Source of the DNA: an uncultured candidatus Brocadiaceae bacterium
GTDB lineage: Bacteria > Planctomycetota > UBA11346
Reading direction: 5' to 3'
Assembly: GCA_964652775.1 (NCBI GenBank)
Contig: CAZZAM010000001.1
Span: 128,023-192,022 of the forward strand
Length of the DNA stretch: 64,000 bases
Shown here: piece after piece, positions 53,810-62,290 of the stretch
How positions within the stretch are numbered: position 1 is the first letter of the stretch
How the letters are laid out: every line of letters begins with the position of its first letter
Notes under the pieces: model-generated
The model's input: the letters and a program-made list of their open reading frames with translations, nothing else
Database searches by the model: none
What the model was told of the DNA's origin: nothing
Position numbers and translations under genes: made by a program

Positions 53810-53928
53810 GAATGTAGAATGCTCGAATGTAGAATGCTCGAATGTGTGGGAAACTTCCGTGCCCGGCGTTTTTTAAGGGGTATCCACTCGAGCATTCGAG
53901 CATTCGAGCATTCGAGCATTCTACATTC
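53810..53928. repeat. Long inverted repeat whose arms are tandem GAATGCTC/GAGCATTC octamers
   Basis: The left arm is GAATGTAGAATGCTCGAATGTAGAATGCTCGAATG. The right arm is (GAGCATTC)x4-TACATTC. GAATGTAGAATGCTCGAATG (53810-53829) is exactly complementary to 53909-53928. Confidence 0.85.
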
Positions 53929-53972
53929 AAACTGCCTGGAGCCGCCGCGCATCTGTGCTATGAGGACGCACC

Positions 53973-54833
53973 ATGACCATCACGCCTGAGGGCTGCACCA
54001 TCGTCCAGCTTGCCGTCCCCTCCGCTGCGATGAACCGATCGATCCAGGCAACTGTGGTCTTGCCGCCTGCCTATCAATACGACGCATCACGACGCTTTCC
54101 GATCCTCTACGCGATGCACGGGACTGGCGCGCCACACAATTGCTGGAGCGAAATGATTCCTCTGCGCAAGGCACTAGCCGATCAGCCGATGATCGTCGCC
54201 ATGTTCGATGCCGACAACGCCTCGTGGTATCTCGACTCGCCACAGATTCAGACTAATTATCTGCGGCCGCCGCCAAAAGACGCGCCGGGACAACCCGCGC
54301 AACCGCCCATCCGTTCGCTGTTCACCACCTTCTTCTTCAACGAGTTCATCCCCTACGTTGATCAGCAATTCCGCACCAACTCCAAGCAACGTCTGCTGAC
54401 TGGATTCTCGATGGGTGGATTCGGCGCGTTCCACTATCTGTTGACCAAGCCGGACATGTTTATGTCGGTCAGTGCACTAAGTGGTGCGTTTATGAATTTG
54501 GCACAGCCGGCAAAGGAATTCATCGATCGACTAGCCACCCTGCTCGGCGACTACGACGTTGATCGATCTGGCTACCGTGCCATCGATCTGCAGATGCGCA
54601 TCATCGATCAAACGCTTAAAAACGTACGCCTACCACCGATATTTTTCCACTGCGGAAGCGAGGACGAAGTTCCGCGCTTACTGGAAAGCAATCGTGACTT
54701 CGCCCGATTCCTTGCCGCCATGAAGATCCCTGCCCGCTACTTGGAGACCGAAGGGAAGCACAACTGGCCATTCTGGCGTGACGCATCGGCCGGCATCATT
54801 GACTTCCACTGGCGAACTCTGCACCCACAGTGA
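53973..54833 (+). CDS. Esterase (CE1/esterase-D-like), paralogue 1, no signal peptide
   Basis: 'FPILYAMHGTGAPHNCW', 'GFSMGGFGAFHYLL' and 'GKHNWPFW'. Length is 286 aa. Confidence 0.85.
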   Translation: MTITPEGCTIVQLAVPSAAMNRSIQATVVLPPAYQYDASRRFPILYAMHGTGAPHNCWSEMIPLRKALADQPMIVAMFDADNASWYLDSPQIQTNYLRPPPKDAPGQPAQPPIRSLFTTFFFNEFIPYVDQQFRTNSKQRLLTGFSMGGFGAFHYLLTKPDMFMSVSALSGAFMNLAQPAKEFIDRLATLLGDYDVDRSGYRAIDLQMRIIDQTLKNVRLPPIFFHCGSEDEVPRLLESNRDFARFLAAMKIPARYLETEGKHNWPFWRDASAGIIDFHWRTLHPQ

Positions 54834-55837
54834 TTCGGACACCAGTATCAAGGGATCGCATGCGACGCTCGTTTCTACCAGTCTGCATTATTCTGTTCTG
54901 CTGGTGGTTCGCGGGCTGCGCGACAGATCGACCACCGATCACAAGCAAAGCGATCGCTGCAGTCACGCCCACTGCAGAAGGCTGCACCGTGATGCGTCTG
55001 TCCGTCCCGTCCGCTGCGATGGGCCGACCGGTACAGATCGTTGCGCTGTTGCCACCAACGTACCAGCAAGATCCCACCGCCCGCTTCCCAGTCCTGTATG
55101 CCCTGCATGGCTCCAGTGCCGCGTGTGATTGCTGGGCTGATATGGCTCCGCTGCGCGCCGCCTTGGTCAAGCAGCCGATGATCGTCCTGATGTTCGATGG
55201 CGACAGTGGATCAATGTACCTCGACTCGCCAATCCTGCAGACCGACTACCTGCGTCCACCGCCCAAGGGCTCCCCTACCCGTCCTGCTCCGCCGCCAGCA
55301 CGTTCGTTATTCACCACGTTTTTCTTCGACGAGCTCATCCCCAGCACCGATCTGCTGTTCCGCTCCCATCCGAAACAGCGTATGTTGACCGGTTTTTCGA
55401 TGGGCGGTTACGGCGCGTTCCACTATATGCTGTGCCGACCAGATGCATTTGTCTCGGTCAGCTCACTCAGTGGCGCATTCATGTCGATGGCACACCCATC
55501 CAAAGATACCAGCGAGTGGATGAGCGAACTTCTTGGTGATCCAAAAGTGAATCATGTGCGTTTCCGTGAAGTAGACATCGAGCTGCGCCTCATTGATGCT
55601 GTCATCAGGAAGATTCCGCTACCACCGATATTCCTCCATTGCGGATCAGATGACACTGGACTGGTCGAAGGCAATCGTGACTTCGCCCGCTTCCTCGCCG
55701 CCATGCGTGTTCCCTCACGCTACCTGGAAACACCCGGAGAGCACAATTGGAAGTTCTGGCGCGATGCATCACTTGGAATCATCGACTTTCATTGGCGTAC
55801 CCTGCATCCACAGTCTCAGTCTGCAGCAACCAAGTGA
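54830..55837 (+). CDS. Esterase (CE1/esterase-D-like), paralogue 2, lipoprotein
   Basis: ATGA overlap with paralogue 1. The lipobox is 'LFCWWFAG|C'. It contains 'FPVLYALHGSSAACDCW' and 'GFSMGGYGAFHYML'. Confidence 0.85.
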   Translation: MIRTPVSRDRMRRSFLPVCIILFCWWFAGCATDRPPITSKAIAAVTPTAEGCTVMRLSVPSAAMGRPVQIVALLPPTYQQDPTARFPVLYALHGSSAACDCWADMAPLRAALVKQPMIVLMFDGDSGSMYLDSPILQTDYLRPPPKGSPTRPAPPPARSLFTTFFFDELIPSTDLLFRSHPKQRMLTGFSMGGYGAFHYMLCRPDAFVSVSSLSGAFMSMAHPSKDTSEWMSELLGDPKVNHVRFREVDIELRLIDAVIRKIPLPPIFLHCGSDDTGLVEGNRDFARFLAAMRVPSRYLETPGEHNWKFWRDASLGIIDFHWRTLHPQSQSAATK

Positions 55838-55851
55838 TCCTGGATTCCATC

Positions 55852-56781
55852 ATGCATCGCATCCTGTTCTCCATCGCGACCATCATGCTCAGCTTCGTTT
55901 GCGGAGCCTGTGCAGCGCGACCAGTCGCTCAACCCAAACCGGCAGTCACGGTCACGCCCGAGGGATGTACGGTACGACGCTTCTCGGTTCCATCCGCTGC
56001 GATGGGGCGATCCATCGACGCGGTCGTTGTCTTGCCGCCAGCCTATGAGAAGGATCCGACGGCTCACTTCCCGATTCTCTACGCCCTCCACGGTCGCGGC
56101 GCTGCGTTTGATTGCTGGAGTGAGATGAAGCCGTTGTGCGCGGCGCTGGTCAAAAAGCCGATGATTGTCGCTTCGTTCGATGCCGACAATGCCTCATGGT
56201 ATCTTGATGCGCCGTTGCCGCAGACCAAATACCTGCGCCCCGGAGGCGACGCTGGGCCAAGTTCACCGCCAACCCGCTCGCAGTTCACCACCTTCTTTTT
56301 TGACGAATTCATTCCCTATATCGACCGTGAGTATCGCAGCGAACCCAAGCAACGCATGCTGACCGGATTCTCGATGGGCGGCTACGGTGCGTTCCACTAT
56401 CTACTCTCCAGGCCAGAGGCATTCGTTTCTATAAGCGCACTCAGTGGCGCCTTTCGCTCCATGACGCAGCCGAACAAAGCGCTGGTTCCGCTGATCGGCG
56501 AACATCCCCAGGAGAGCGTTCGCTATCGTGCGGTTGATCTCCAATTGCGACTCATCGATGCGGTCCTTAGGAAAGTCCCACTGCCGCCAATCTTTATTCA
56601 CTGCGGTACCGAGGACAGCGGACTGATCGAAAACAATCGCGACTTCGCGCGCTTTCTCACCGCACTGAACATCCCTGCTCGCTATCTGGAAACCGCTGGG
56701 GAACACAACTGGCCATTCTGGCGCGATGCTTCGCCTGGCATCGTCGACTTTCACTGGCGCTCGCTGCATCCCGTTCAATGA
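55852..56781 (+). CDS. Esterase (CE1/esterase-D-like), paralogue 3, lipoprotein
   Basis: ORF 55747..56781. The start is at the ATG at 55852 (MHRILFSIATIMLSFVCGA|C). It contains 'FPILYALHGRGAAFDCW' and 'GFSMGGYGAFHYLL'. Confidence 0.85.
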   Translation: MHRILFSIATIMLSFVCGACAARPVAQPKPAVTVTPEGCTVRRFSVPSAAMGRSIDAVVVLPPAYEKDPTAHFPILYALHGRGAAFDCWSEMKPLCAALVKKPMIVASFDADNASWYLDAPLPQTKYLRPGGDAGPSSPPTRSQFTTFFFDEFIPYIDREYRSEPKQRMLTGFSMGGYGAFHYLLSRPEAFVSISALSGAFRSMTQPNKALVPLIGEHPQESVRYRAVDLQLRLIDAVLRKVPLPPIFIHCGTEDSGLIENNRDFARFLTALNIPARYLETAGEHNWPFWRDASPGIVDFHWRSLHPVQ

Positions 56782-56784
56782 GCC

Positions 56785-57513
56785 ATGACCACCGTTCGCT
56801 CCATTCGTGCATTCACCATCAACGTCACCGCCGGAACGCGTTGCCTGGAGCATCGACATCCAGTCACCGAGATCGTGGTCAACTTCGGAGCTAGTGGTGT
56901 CCTGCATCAAGACGGCAAACGCCGAACCTATCGTGATGGTGACAGCTTCGTCTATCAACCCGGCAGCTCGCACTGGATTGAGACAACCAAATCCGGCGAA
57001 CAAGTGTGTTTGAATGTTGCTGGTTGTGGCGCTGAAGTCATTCCACCGGGCGTCTATACCTCGGCCAGTGTCGTCGAAGCCGCAAAACGCGTACGCGCAG
57101 CGTTGAGCGGCAGCATGATCCACCAGCAAGAACGCATTGATCTGTTGTCCGGTCTACTTGTGCTTTCCTTAGCCGAAACCATCAAGCCACCGTCCGGACT
57201 CGCTGAACGCGCCCAACATCTGCTCAACGAAGGCTTAGCTGATGGACGCGGCGTGAGTGAAGCCGCTCATGCCTTACGCATCAGCCCCGATCGTCTGCGG
57301 CAAGTATTTCGCAAAGCCTTCGGCATCAGTCCGCTGAACTACCTCATGCAACGCCGGCTCGATCGCGCCCGCGACCTACTGGCATCGTCCGGACTTCCCA
57401 TTCAGGAAATCGCTGAAACCTGCGGTATGCCCGATGCGTTTTATTTCGCGCGCTTCTTCCGCCGCGCTACTGGCGTCACACCAACTGCGTGGCGGCAGAC
57501 TCACGCTTCGTAA
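56785..57513 (+). CDS. AraC family transcriptional regulator (cupin N-domain)
   Basis: The C-terminal double HTH is 'LRQVFRKAFGISPLNYLMQRRLDRARDLLASSGLPIQEIAETCGMPDAFYFARFFRRATGVTPTAWRQ'. Confidence 0.9.
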   Translation: MTTVRSIRAFTINVTAGTRCLEHRHPVTEIVVNFGASGVLHQDGKRRTYRDGDSFVYQPGSSHWIETTKSGEQVCLNVAGCGAEVIPPGVYTSASVVEAAKRVRAALSGSMIHQQERIDLLSGLLVLSLAETIKPPSGLAERAQHLLNEGLADGRGVSEAAHALRISPDRLRQVFRKAFGISPLNYLMQRRLDRARDLLASSGLPIQEIAETCGMPDAFYFARFFRRATGVTPTAWRQTHAS

Positions 57514-58201
57514 CCACCGCTGTGCCGAATTCGACGTCCGCATCGCGGTAGATTCCAATCTTCGTCCAATCAGTCGGCGTGCCGACCGGGAACGCGCGCA
57601 TGTTGATCGATACGCGTTCACGACCGGATTGATTTGGCGTGACGCGGTGCCAGCACAATCCGCTCAGCAGCACCAGGGTTCCCGCGCGCGGCGTCAGCAC
57701 GACCTGACCGGGAATATCTTCCTGCGCTTCGTTCGCTGAAACGCGACCCCTCCGGTGACTGCCAGGAACGACGACAACTGCGCCGTCCTCGGGACGAACA
57801 TCGCTGGTATAAAAGAGGCGGTTGAGATTGAATCGGCCGCCATCAGCACGGCAGTCCTGATGCCATGCCTGACCACGACCGCCTGGCGCAGACCAGAACG
57901 TGATCGAGCTTTTCCCTTCCCAGCCCGCGCCAATCACTGCATCTGTCAATGTGTTCAATGCAGGATCTTGGTGCAGCGCAACGAAATCCGGGTCACCTTT
58001 GGACAATGGATCGCCACCAAAAACATCGCAAGCCGTGTCATAACCGCTGACGACCACCGGATGATTCGTATTCACCGGCTTGTGTCGAGCCAAAGCCTGA
58101 CGCATCACGTCGCAGCGAGTTAGGGAGAGAAAGTTTTCGATCACCACGTATCCGTCAGTGGCGAAGCGCGAGCGTAGGTCGGTGTAGGTCATGGTGGACA
58201 T
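57476..58201 (-). CDS. Phytanoyl-CoA dioxygenase (PhyH) family Fe(II)/2-oxoglutarate oxygenase
   Basis: 'FATDGYVVIENFLS', 'WHQD' (HxD) and 'LLSGLCWHRVTPNQSGRERVS'. The 3' end overlaps the AraC gene convergently by 38 nt. Confidence 0.65.
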   Translation of the reverse strand: MSTMTYTDLRSRFATDGYVVIENFLSLTRCDVMRQALARHKPVNTNHPVVVSGYDTACDVFGGDPLSKGDPDFVALHQDPALNTLTDAVIGAGWEGKSSITFWSAPGGRGQAWHQDCRADGGRFNLNRLFYTSDVRPEDGAVVVVPGSHRRGRVSANEAQEDIPGQVVLTPRAGTLVLLSGLCWHRVTPNQSGRERVSINMRAFPVGTPTDWTKIGIYRDADVEFGTAVVTKRESAATQLV

Positions 58202-58271
58202 TATGCAGACCGGCGTTTGCGATAACCATGGACGAAGCCGTGTTCGTGGGCTGGACTTTTCCGCAGGGACG

Positions 58272-60434
58272 TTATGGCGTGATCGGAACCTGTGCTGACA
58301 GTTCTTTCGCGTAGGCGTCCGCCTTGGGTCGCCAGGTCGTCCACATGACGTTCAGGAATTCGTTGCCCCAGCAGTACTCTACAAAGTTTTTGCCAATGCT
58401 GGGCACGCCCTGTTCTTTGACCCAGCGATCGACGTAGTCGAAGAATGGTGGATGTTTCCAGATGTCCTGCGCACCCATGAGTCGCGCCGCGAGGGCGGGA
58501 CCGATCCAGGTGACGCTGCAGATTTTGCGATAGCCGAAGCTCGGACCGTCGAGTTTGCCGTCCGGATCACGAATGTCTTTGTCGCCACTGGCAGTCATGC
58601 CCTTGGTCATGAGCTGATGGAAGATCACCTGTTGATTGCCCGCATCGTTGCCCCACAGCGGCTTGCCCTGCGGATATTCCGGCGTGGGCACCCCGTACCA
58701 CGTATGTGCATCCTCACCAAACTTGTCGACCGTGCCCGTACGCGAATTGGAGGATGCGACCAGCGCTGGTTGCTCCTGCATCGCTTGGTCATCAAGCATG
58801 ATTCCTGCAAACAGGATCGGCCAGCGACGAGCATTGCCGAAGCCGCCATATCCGCGCCACGCATCGCCGTTGTTCATGCTGATCGCATGTAGATCAATGC
58901 CAAGCTGAACCAGACGAACCGTCAGCGCCTCGCGCTCGGGAATATCTAACAGCACCATCATCGCCATCGTCGAAGCGTCATTGCCAAAATAATACGGCTG
59001 CATGTTCTCACGCGGATGCATCGTCGCGTTTGAGTTTCCCTTGATGGCAATGTGGTCCAACCACACGCGCTGCATCACGGTGCTGACATCGGGCAGGCGC
59101 ACGCCGCTCGGCGGTGGCAGCTTGGGCAGGCGCTTCCATTGCACCTGCGACTCGGTCTTGATCGGTTTATCGCCTGCCACATACGGTGGACGGAACGCGT
59201 CTGCCGGCGGAATCTTGTCGACTACGGTCAATACAGCAGCGGTTTCCAATCCTTCGTAAGCGCCACCGATGCGCGGCGATTCCATACCGATCGTGGACAC
59301 CAATGAACGCACGCCCTCCAGTCGCAATGGGAATGTTGCCCGCAATGTCTCGTCGTACTTGGGACTGAATTTCCACTCCTGACGATAGCCCTGTTTGGCA
59401 GACGGAACTGGATCGACCATGGATCCATGGCGCACACCATCCCACCCCGGACTCACCGCGTTAATCACCACCGGACCAAGCACCCAGTAATCGCCGTTCA
59501 CGAATTGGCCACTGGCAACTGGTTCAGCAAACGTCCAGGTGATGCCGTACTGCGTGATCGAGTCCGTCTTCGTTGCGACGACATGATTGACGGCAGCAAC
59601 TGGCGCCGGGAAGATCGCGCGATTCGGCACTGGCCGCTGATCTGCGCCACGCAGCACGAACGGCAGACAACACGCAATCCCAATGAGTCCGACAGCCACA
59701 CCCGCTGCAGCCGGGCGAGTAGACATGAACAACTGTATTTTCTGGATCACGGTGAGGCGAACAGTCGTCGTTGGCAGATTACCGCCAGCAGCCGACGCAG
59801 CGATGGAGCCTGCCGCCGCCACCACCTGTGGTGACGCCGCATAGGCCGGCTGCGCTGCGAGCAGACTAGCGATAACCGTTGTGGTGACCACCGCACCGCG
59901 CGCACCCAGCAGATCGCGCAACCGCGACCGCGCGCGTGAGAGTCGTTGCGACACCGTATTTTCACTCGCGCCGACAGCGGTGGCGACCTCAGCCTGGGAC
60001 AGACCAGCAAAATAATGCAGGTCGATGACTTCGCGATCGGCCTCGGGCAGGCGTGCCACCAGCGCGCGCACGTCCTCGGCGAGATCATTCGGTTGCGGGG
60101 TCGAACGCTGCAGCGTCATGGCTAATTCCTCTCGGCGTTGCCGCCGTCGATCACTGCGCCGCACCCGCAGACACGCGATCTGCACCAAGCGTCCAACCCA
60201 TGCGGCAAAGGGGACACTGCCGTCGAAGCGGCTGGCCGAGCGCGCGAGCTGGAGGAATGCCTCCTGCACCGCGTCATCAGCATCAGCCTGATTACCCAAA
60301 GCGCGTCGGGCCTGGGTGTACGCCTGATCAGCACAGGCGCGCAGGGCGCGATCCAATGCCGCAGTGTCACCACCTTGCGCGTAGGCGAGGTAGTCGGCAG
60401 CGCCGGGATGCGCGTCAACGACAGTTGGATCCAT
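58272..60434 (-). CDS. ECF sigma factor fused via a TM helix to an extracytoplasmic domain paralogous to the neighbouring lipoprotein
   Basis: 720 aa. Region 2 is 'DADDAVQEAFLQLARSASRFDG..FAAWVGRLVQIACLRVRR'. Region 4 is 'REVIDLHYFAGLSQAEVATAVGASENTVSQRLSRARSRLRDLL'. The TM is 'AAAGVAVGLIGIACCLPFVL'. The C-domain begins 'ITQYGITWTFAEPVASGQFVNGDYWVLGPV'. Confidence 0.8.
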   Translation of the reverse strand: MDPTVVDAHPGAADYLAYAQGGDTAALDRALRACADQAYTQARRALGNQADADDAVQEAFLQLARSASRFDGSVPFAAWVGRLVQIACLRVRRSDRRRQRREELAMTLQRSTPQPNDLAEDVRALVARLPEADREVIDLHYFAGLSQAEVATAVGASENTVSQRLSRARSRLRDLLGARGAVVTTTVIASLLAAQPAYAASPQVVAAAGSIAASAAGGNLPTTTVRLTVIQKIQLFMSTRPAAAGVAVGLIGIACCLPFVLRGADQRPVPNRAIFPAPVAAVNHVVATKTDSITQYGITWTFAEPVASGQFVNGDYWVLGPVVINAVSPGWDGVRHGSMVDPVPSAKQGYRQEWKFSPKYDETLRATFPLRLEGVRSLVSTIGMESPRIGGAYEGLETAAVLTVVDKIPPADAFRPPYVAGDKPIKTESQVQWKRLPKLPPPSGVRLPDVSTVMQRVWLDHIAIKGNSNATMHPRENMQPYYFGNDASTMAMMVLLDIPEREALTVRLVQLGIDLHAISMNNGDAWRGYGGFGNARRWPILFAGIMLDDQAMQEQPALVASSNSRTGTVDKFGEDAHTWYGVPTPEYPQGKPLWGNDAGNQQVIFHQLMTKGMTASGDKDIRDPDGKLDGPSFGYRKICSVTWIGPALAARLMGAQDIWKHPPFFDYVDRWVKEQGVPSIGKNFVEYCWGNEFLNVMWTTWRPKADAYAKELSAQVPITP

Positions 60435-60506
60435 GTTGCTACCCTTTACTTCCCGCCGCTAACCCGGACCTGACATGGAAGTTAGGGGCCAGAAATGCCA
60501 CGGTCC

Positions 60507-60522
60507 AGAAGTCCGGACTTCT
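60507..60522. other. Perfect 16-bp palindrome AGAAGTCCGGACTTCT
   Basis: It is its own reverse complement. It lies 4 nt downstream of the lipoprotein stop (60527) and 73 nt upstream of the sigma-fusion ATG (60434). It carries the same GTCCGGAC core as the octamer arrays. Confidence 0.8.
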
Positions 60523-60526
60523 CCCA

Positions 60527-62200
60527 TTAGCGCGTGGGCCGATCGTCTGCCGGCTGTGCCGGTTTCCCGCCGACCACCGTGCTGCGGTAGGTTTCCCACA
60601 TCGCACGCTGGAAGGCCCCGCTGAAAATGTGCTGGGTCTTCTCCTGATCCTTCCAGTCGGCTTCTTTCATGGCCCACGCCACGTAGCGATCCGTATAGAC
60701 GAACAACGCGTCATGCTTCCAGTTCGCCTGCTGCCCCATCAGCAAAGCAGGCAGGATCAATCCGGGATACGACATGCCGTTGATCGTGCGGTAGAGGTGA
60801 TGAAGAAAGTTGTTCAATGTCTTTGGCCCATCCAAACCCGGCGCGAATCCACCAACGTTCCACTCAGCCATGCCAATGTCTGCCGGCTCATAAGGAACCA
60901 ATTTCTTAGAGCGTTTATCTGGTGCCCAGGCCGCGGAATGGGTCATGTCCACCGCCGCTTGGTCGATGAAACTCGTCTGCCCATCCTCAGCGAATCCCCA
61001 ATACGGCATGTCCTTTGAACGGCTACCGATCGTCTGCATGTGCTGGTTATCGAGCATCAATCCGGCAAAAATTATCGGCCATTTGCGCCCGTGATTCAAA
61101 CCACCCTTGCCCCACCAAAAGCCACCGTTGTCGGCGATGTACGACAGATCAATCCCCAGTTGGACGAAACGGATCAGCAACGCGTCTTTGTTTTGTCCCT
61201 GCTTGGCGATGAGGTCTTCCTCCTTGAGCATCAGCATGAGGGCCGCCTCGCCAACAGCGGCACACCATTCGCGCCCATAGTTGGGCATATTCTCGGACGG
61301 ACTCGCGTACTGCGTGCCATCACCGAGATGACTGAAGTGGTCAATCCACGGGCGTTGGAATTTACTTACCAGTGACTCGAGTTTGGGCATCGGCGTGACC
61401 AGCGGCAGATTCGGGAGCAAATCCTTGCGCAACGACTTGACCGAATACAGCGGCTTGTCGCTGCCACTATATGGCGGTCGAAACGACGTCGCGCCCAGAT
61501 CCGGCGGAACGCTGGCCAACACGGTAAGGACGGCCGCCGAACGCAACTGCGGTCGCCCGCCCATCTCGTGACTGATGGTCGATACCAGTGAAGATGACGC
61601 CGACAACTCCAACGGATGACTCGCACTGACGCCCAGTGCGACGTTTTTGGACGGATCGAAGCGCGCTGGATACATCCGGCCACTGATCGGATGCCAACGA
61701 TAGATGTCTGAATCGTAACCCTGCTGTCCACCAGCAACCGGCATCGGATTCAGCATGGAACCATGCATCATCCGCGGTTGGGGATCGCTGCCACCGAGCG
61801 TAAAACCCTTCAGCGTCGTGGTGCCAATCAGCTCAGCGGACGGCGGGTTAATGGTGATGATCTTCACCGGACCAACCACCCAATAGTCACCATTGGCGAA
61901 CTGACCACTCGGCACTGGCGCAGCAAAAGTCCAGGTGATGCCGTACTGCGTCACCTGGGAAACCATCGGCGCCTGTGCCGAGGACGAGGTCGCCGGAGTC
62001 GTTGTTGGAACAACTGGCGCAGGAACCACAGGTGGAACTGGTGCCGCTGGTGTGGGTGCAGGCGCAGGCGCAGGCGCTGGGGCCGTCGTTACCGGAGTCG
62101 CTGAGGGAGCAGGCGTTGGTGCCTGTGGTTTCTCGTTGCAACTCAGGAGTGCAACCCCGAGACAGCCAAGGAATAGTTTCGCGAGATTCATTTCAGACAT
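60527..62200 (-). CDS. Lipoprotein of unknown family (free paralogue of the sigma-fusion C-domain)
   Basis: 557 aa with the lipobox 'GVALLS|C' and a long A/P/T linker. 'VTQYGITWTFAAPVPSGQFANGDYWVVGPV', 'HGSMLNP', 'FRPPYSGSDKP', 'FVQLGIDL' and 'GRKWPIIFAGLMLDNQHMQ' all have counterparts in 58272..60434. Confidence 0.75.
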   Translation of the reverse strand: MSEMNLAKLFLGCLGVALLSCNEKPQAPTPAPSATPVTTAPAPAPAPAPTPAAPVPPVVPAPVVPTTTPATSSSAQAPMVSQVTQYGITWTFAAPVPSGQFANGDYWVVGPVKIITINPPSAELIGTTTLKGFTLGGSDPQPRMMHGSMLNPMPVAGGQQGYDSDIYRWHPISGRMYPARFDPSKNVALGVSASHPLELSASSSLVSTISHEMGGRPQLRSAAVLTVLASVPPDLGATSFRPPYSGSDKPLYSVKSLRKDLLPNLPLVTPMPKLESLVSKFQRPWIDHFSHLGDGTQYASPSENMPNYGREWCAAVGEAALMLMLKEEDLIAKQGQNKDALLIRFVQLGIDLSYIADNGGFWWGKGGLNHGRKWPIIFAGLMLDNQHMQTIGSRSKDMPYWGFAEDGQTSFIDQAAVDMTHSAAWAPDKRSKKLVPYEPADIGMAEWNVGGFAPGLDGPKTLNNFLHHLYRTINGMSYPGLILPALLMGQQANWKHDALFVYTDRYVAWAMKEADWKDQEKTQHIFSGAFQRAMWETYRSTVVGGKPAQPADDRPTR

Positions 62201-62290
62201 GGACTGATGCTCCGTGATGAGTTCGAGGTGTTATGAGTCTAAACAACGCGATCCAAGGCAACCGCACCGCGCTGCAGTAGGGCATGGCTA

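Noticed and set aside
53633-53989. 118-aa ORF spanning the palindromic elements upstream of the esterase cluster (..GECRMLECRMLEC..IRAFEHSSILH..).
   Set aside because: The peptide repeats simply mirror the DNA octamer repeats and hairpin arms. There is no independent coding evidence.
60053-61018. Long antisense or shadow ORFs inside confidently called genes, e.g. 60053..61018(+), 47546..48430(+), 10705..11385(-), 2234..2830(+), 13988..14560(-), 26641..27375(-).
   Set aside because: They are Arg/Pro/Gly/Ala-rich translations typical of the opposite strand of GC-rich genes. They have no recognisable motifs and overlap ORFs with clear family signatures throughout.
61990-62110. GC-rich microsatellite-like stretch (GCAGGC / GGTGCC repeats).
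   Set aside because: It lies in frame inside the lipoprotein gene 60527..62200 and encodes the A/P/T-rich linker (..APAPAPAPAPTPAAPVPPVVPAP..). This is a coding low-complexity region, not an independent element.
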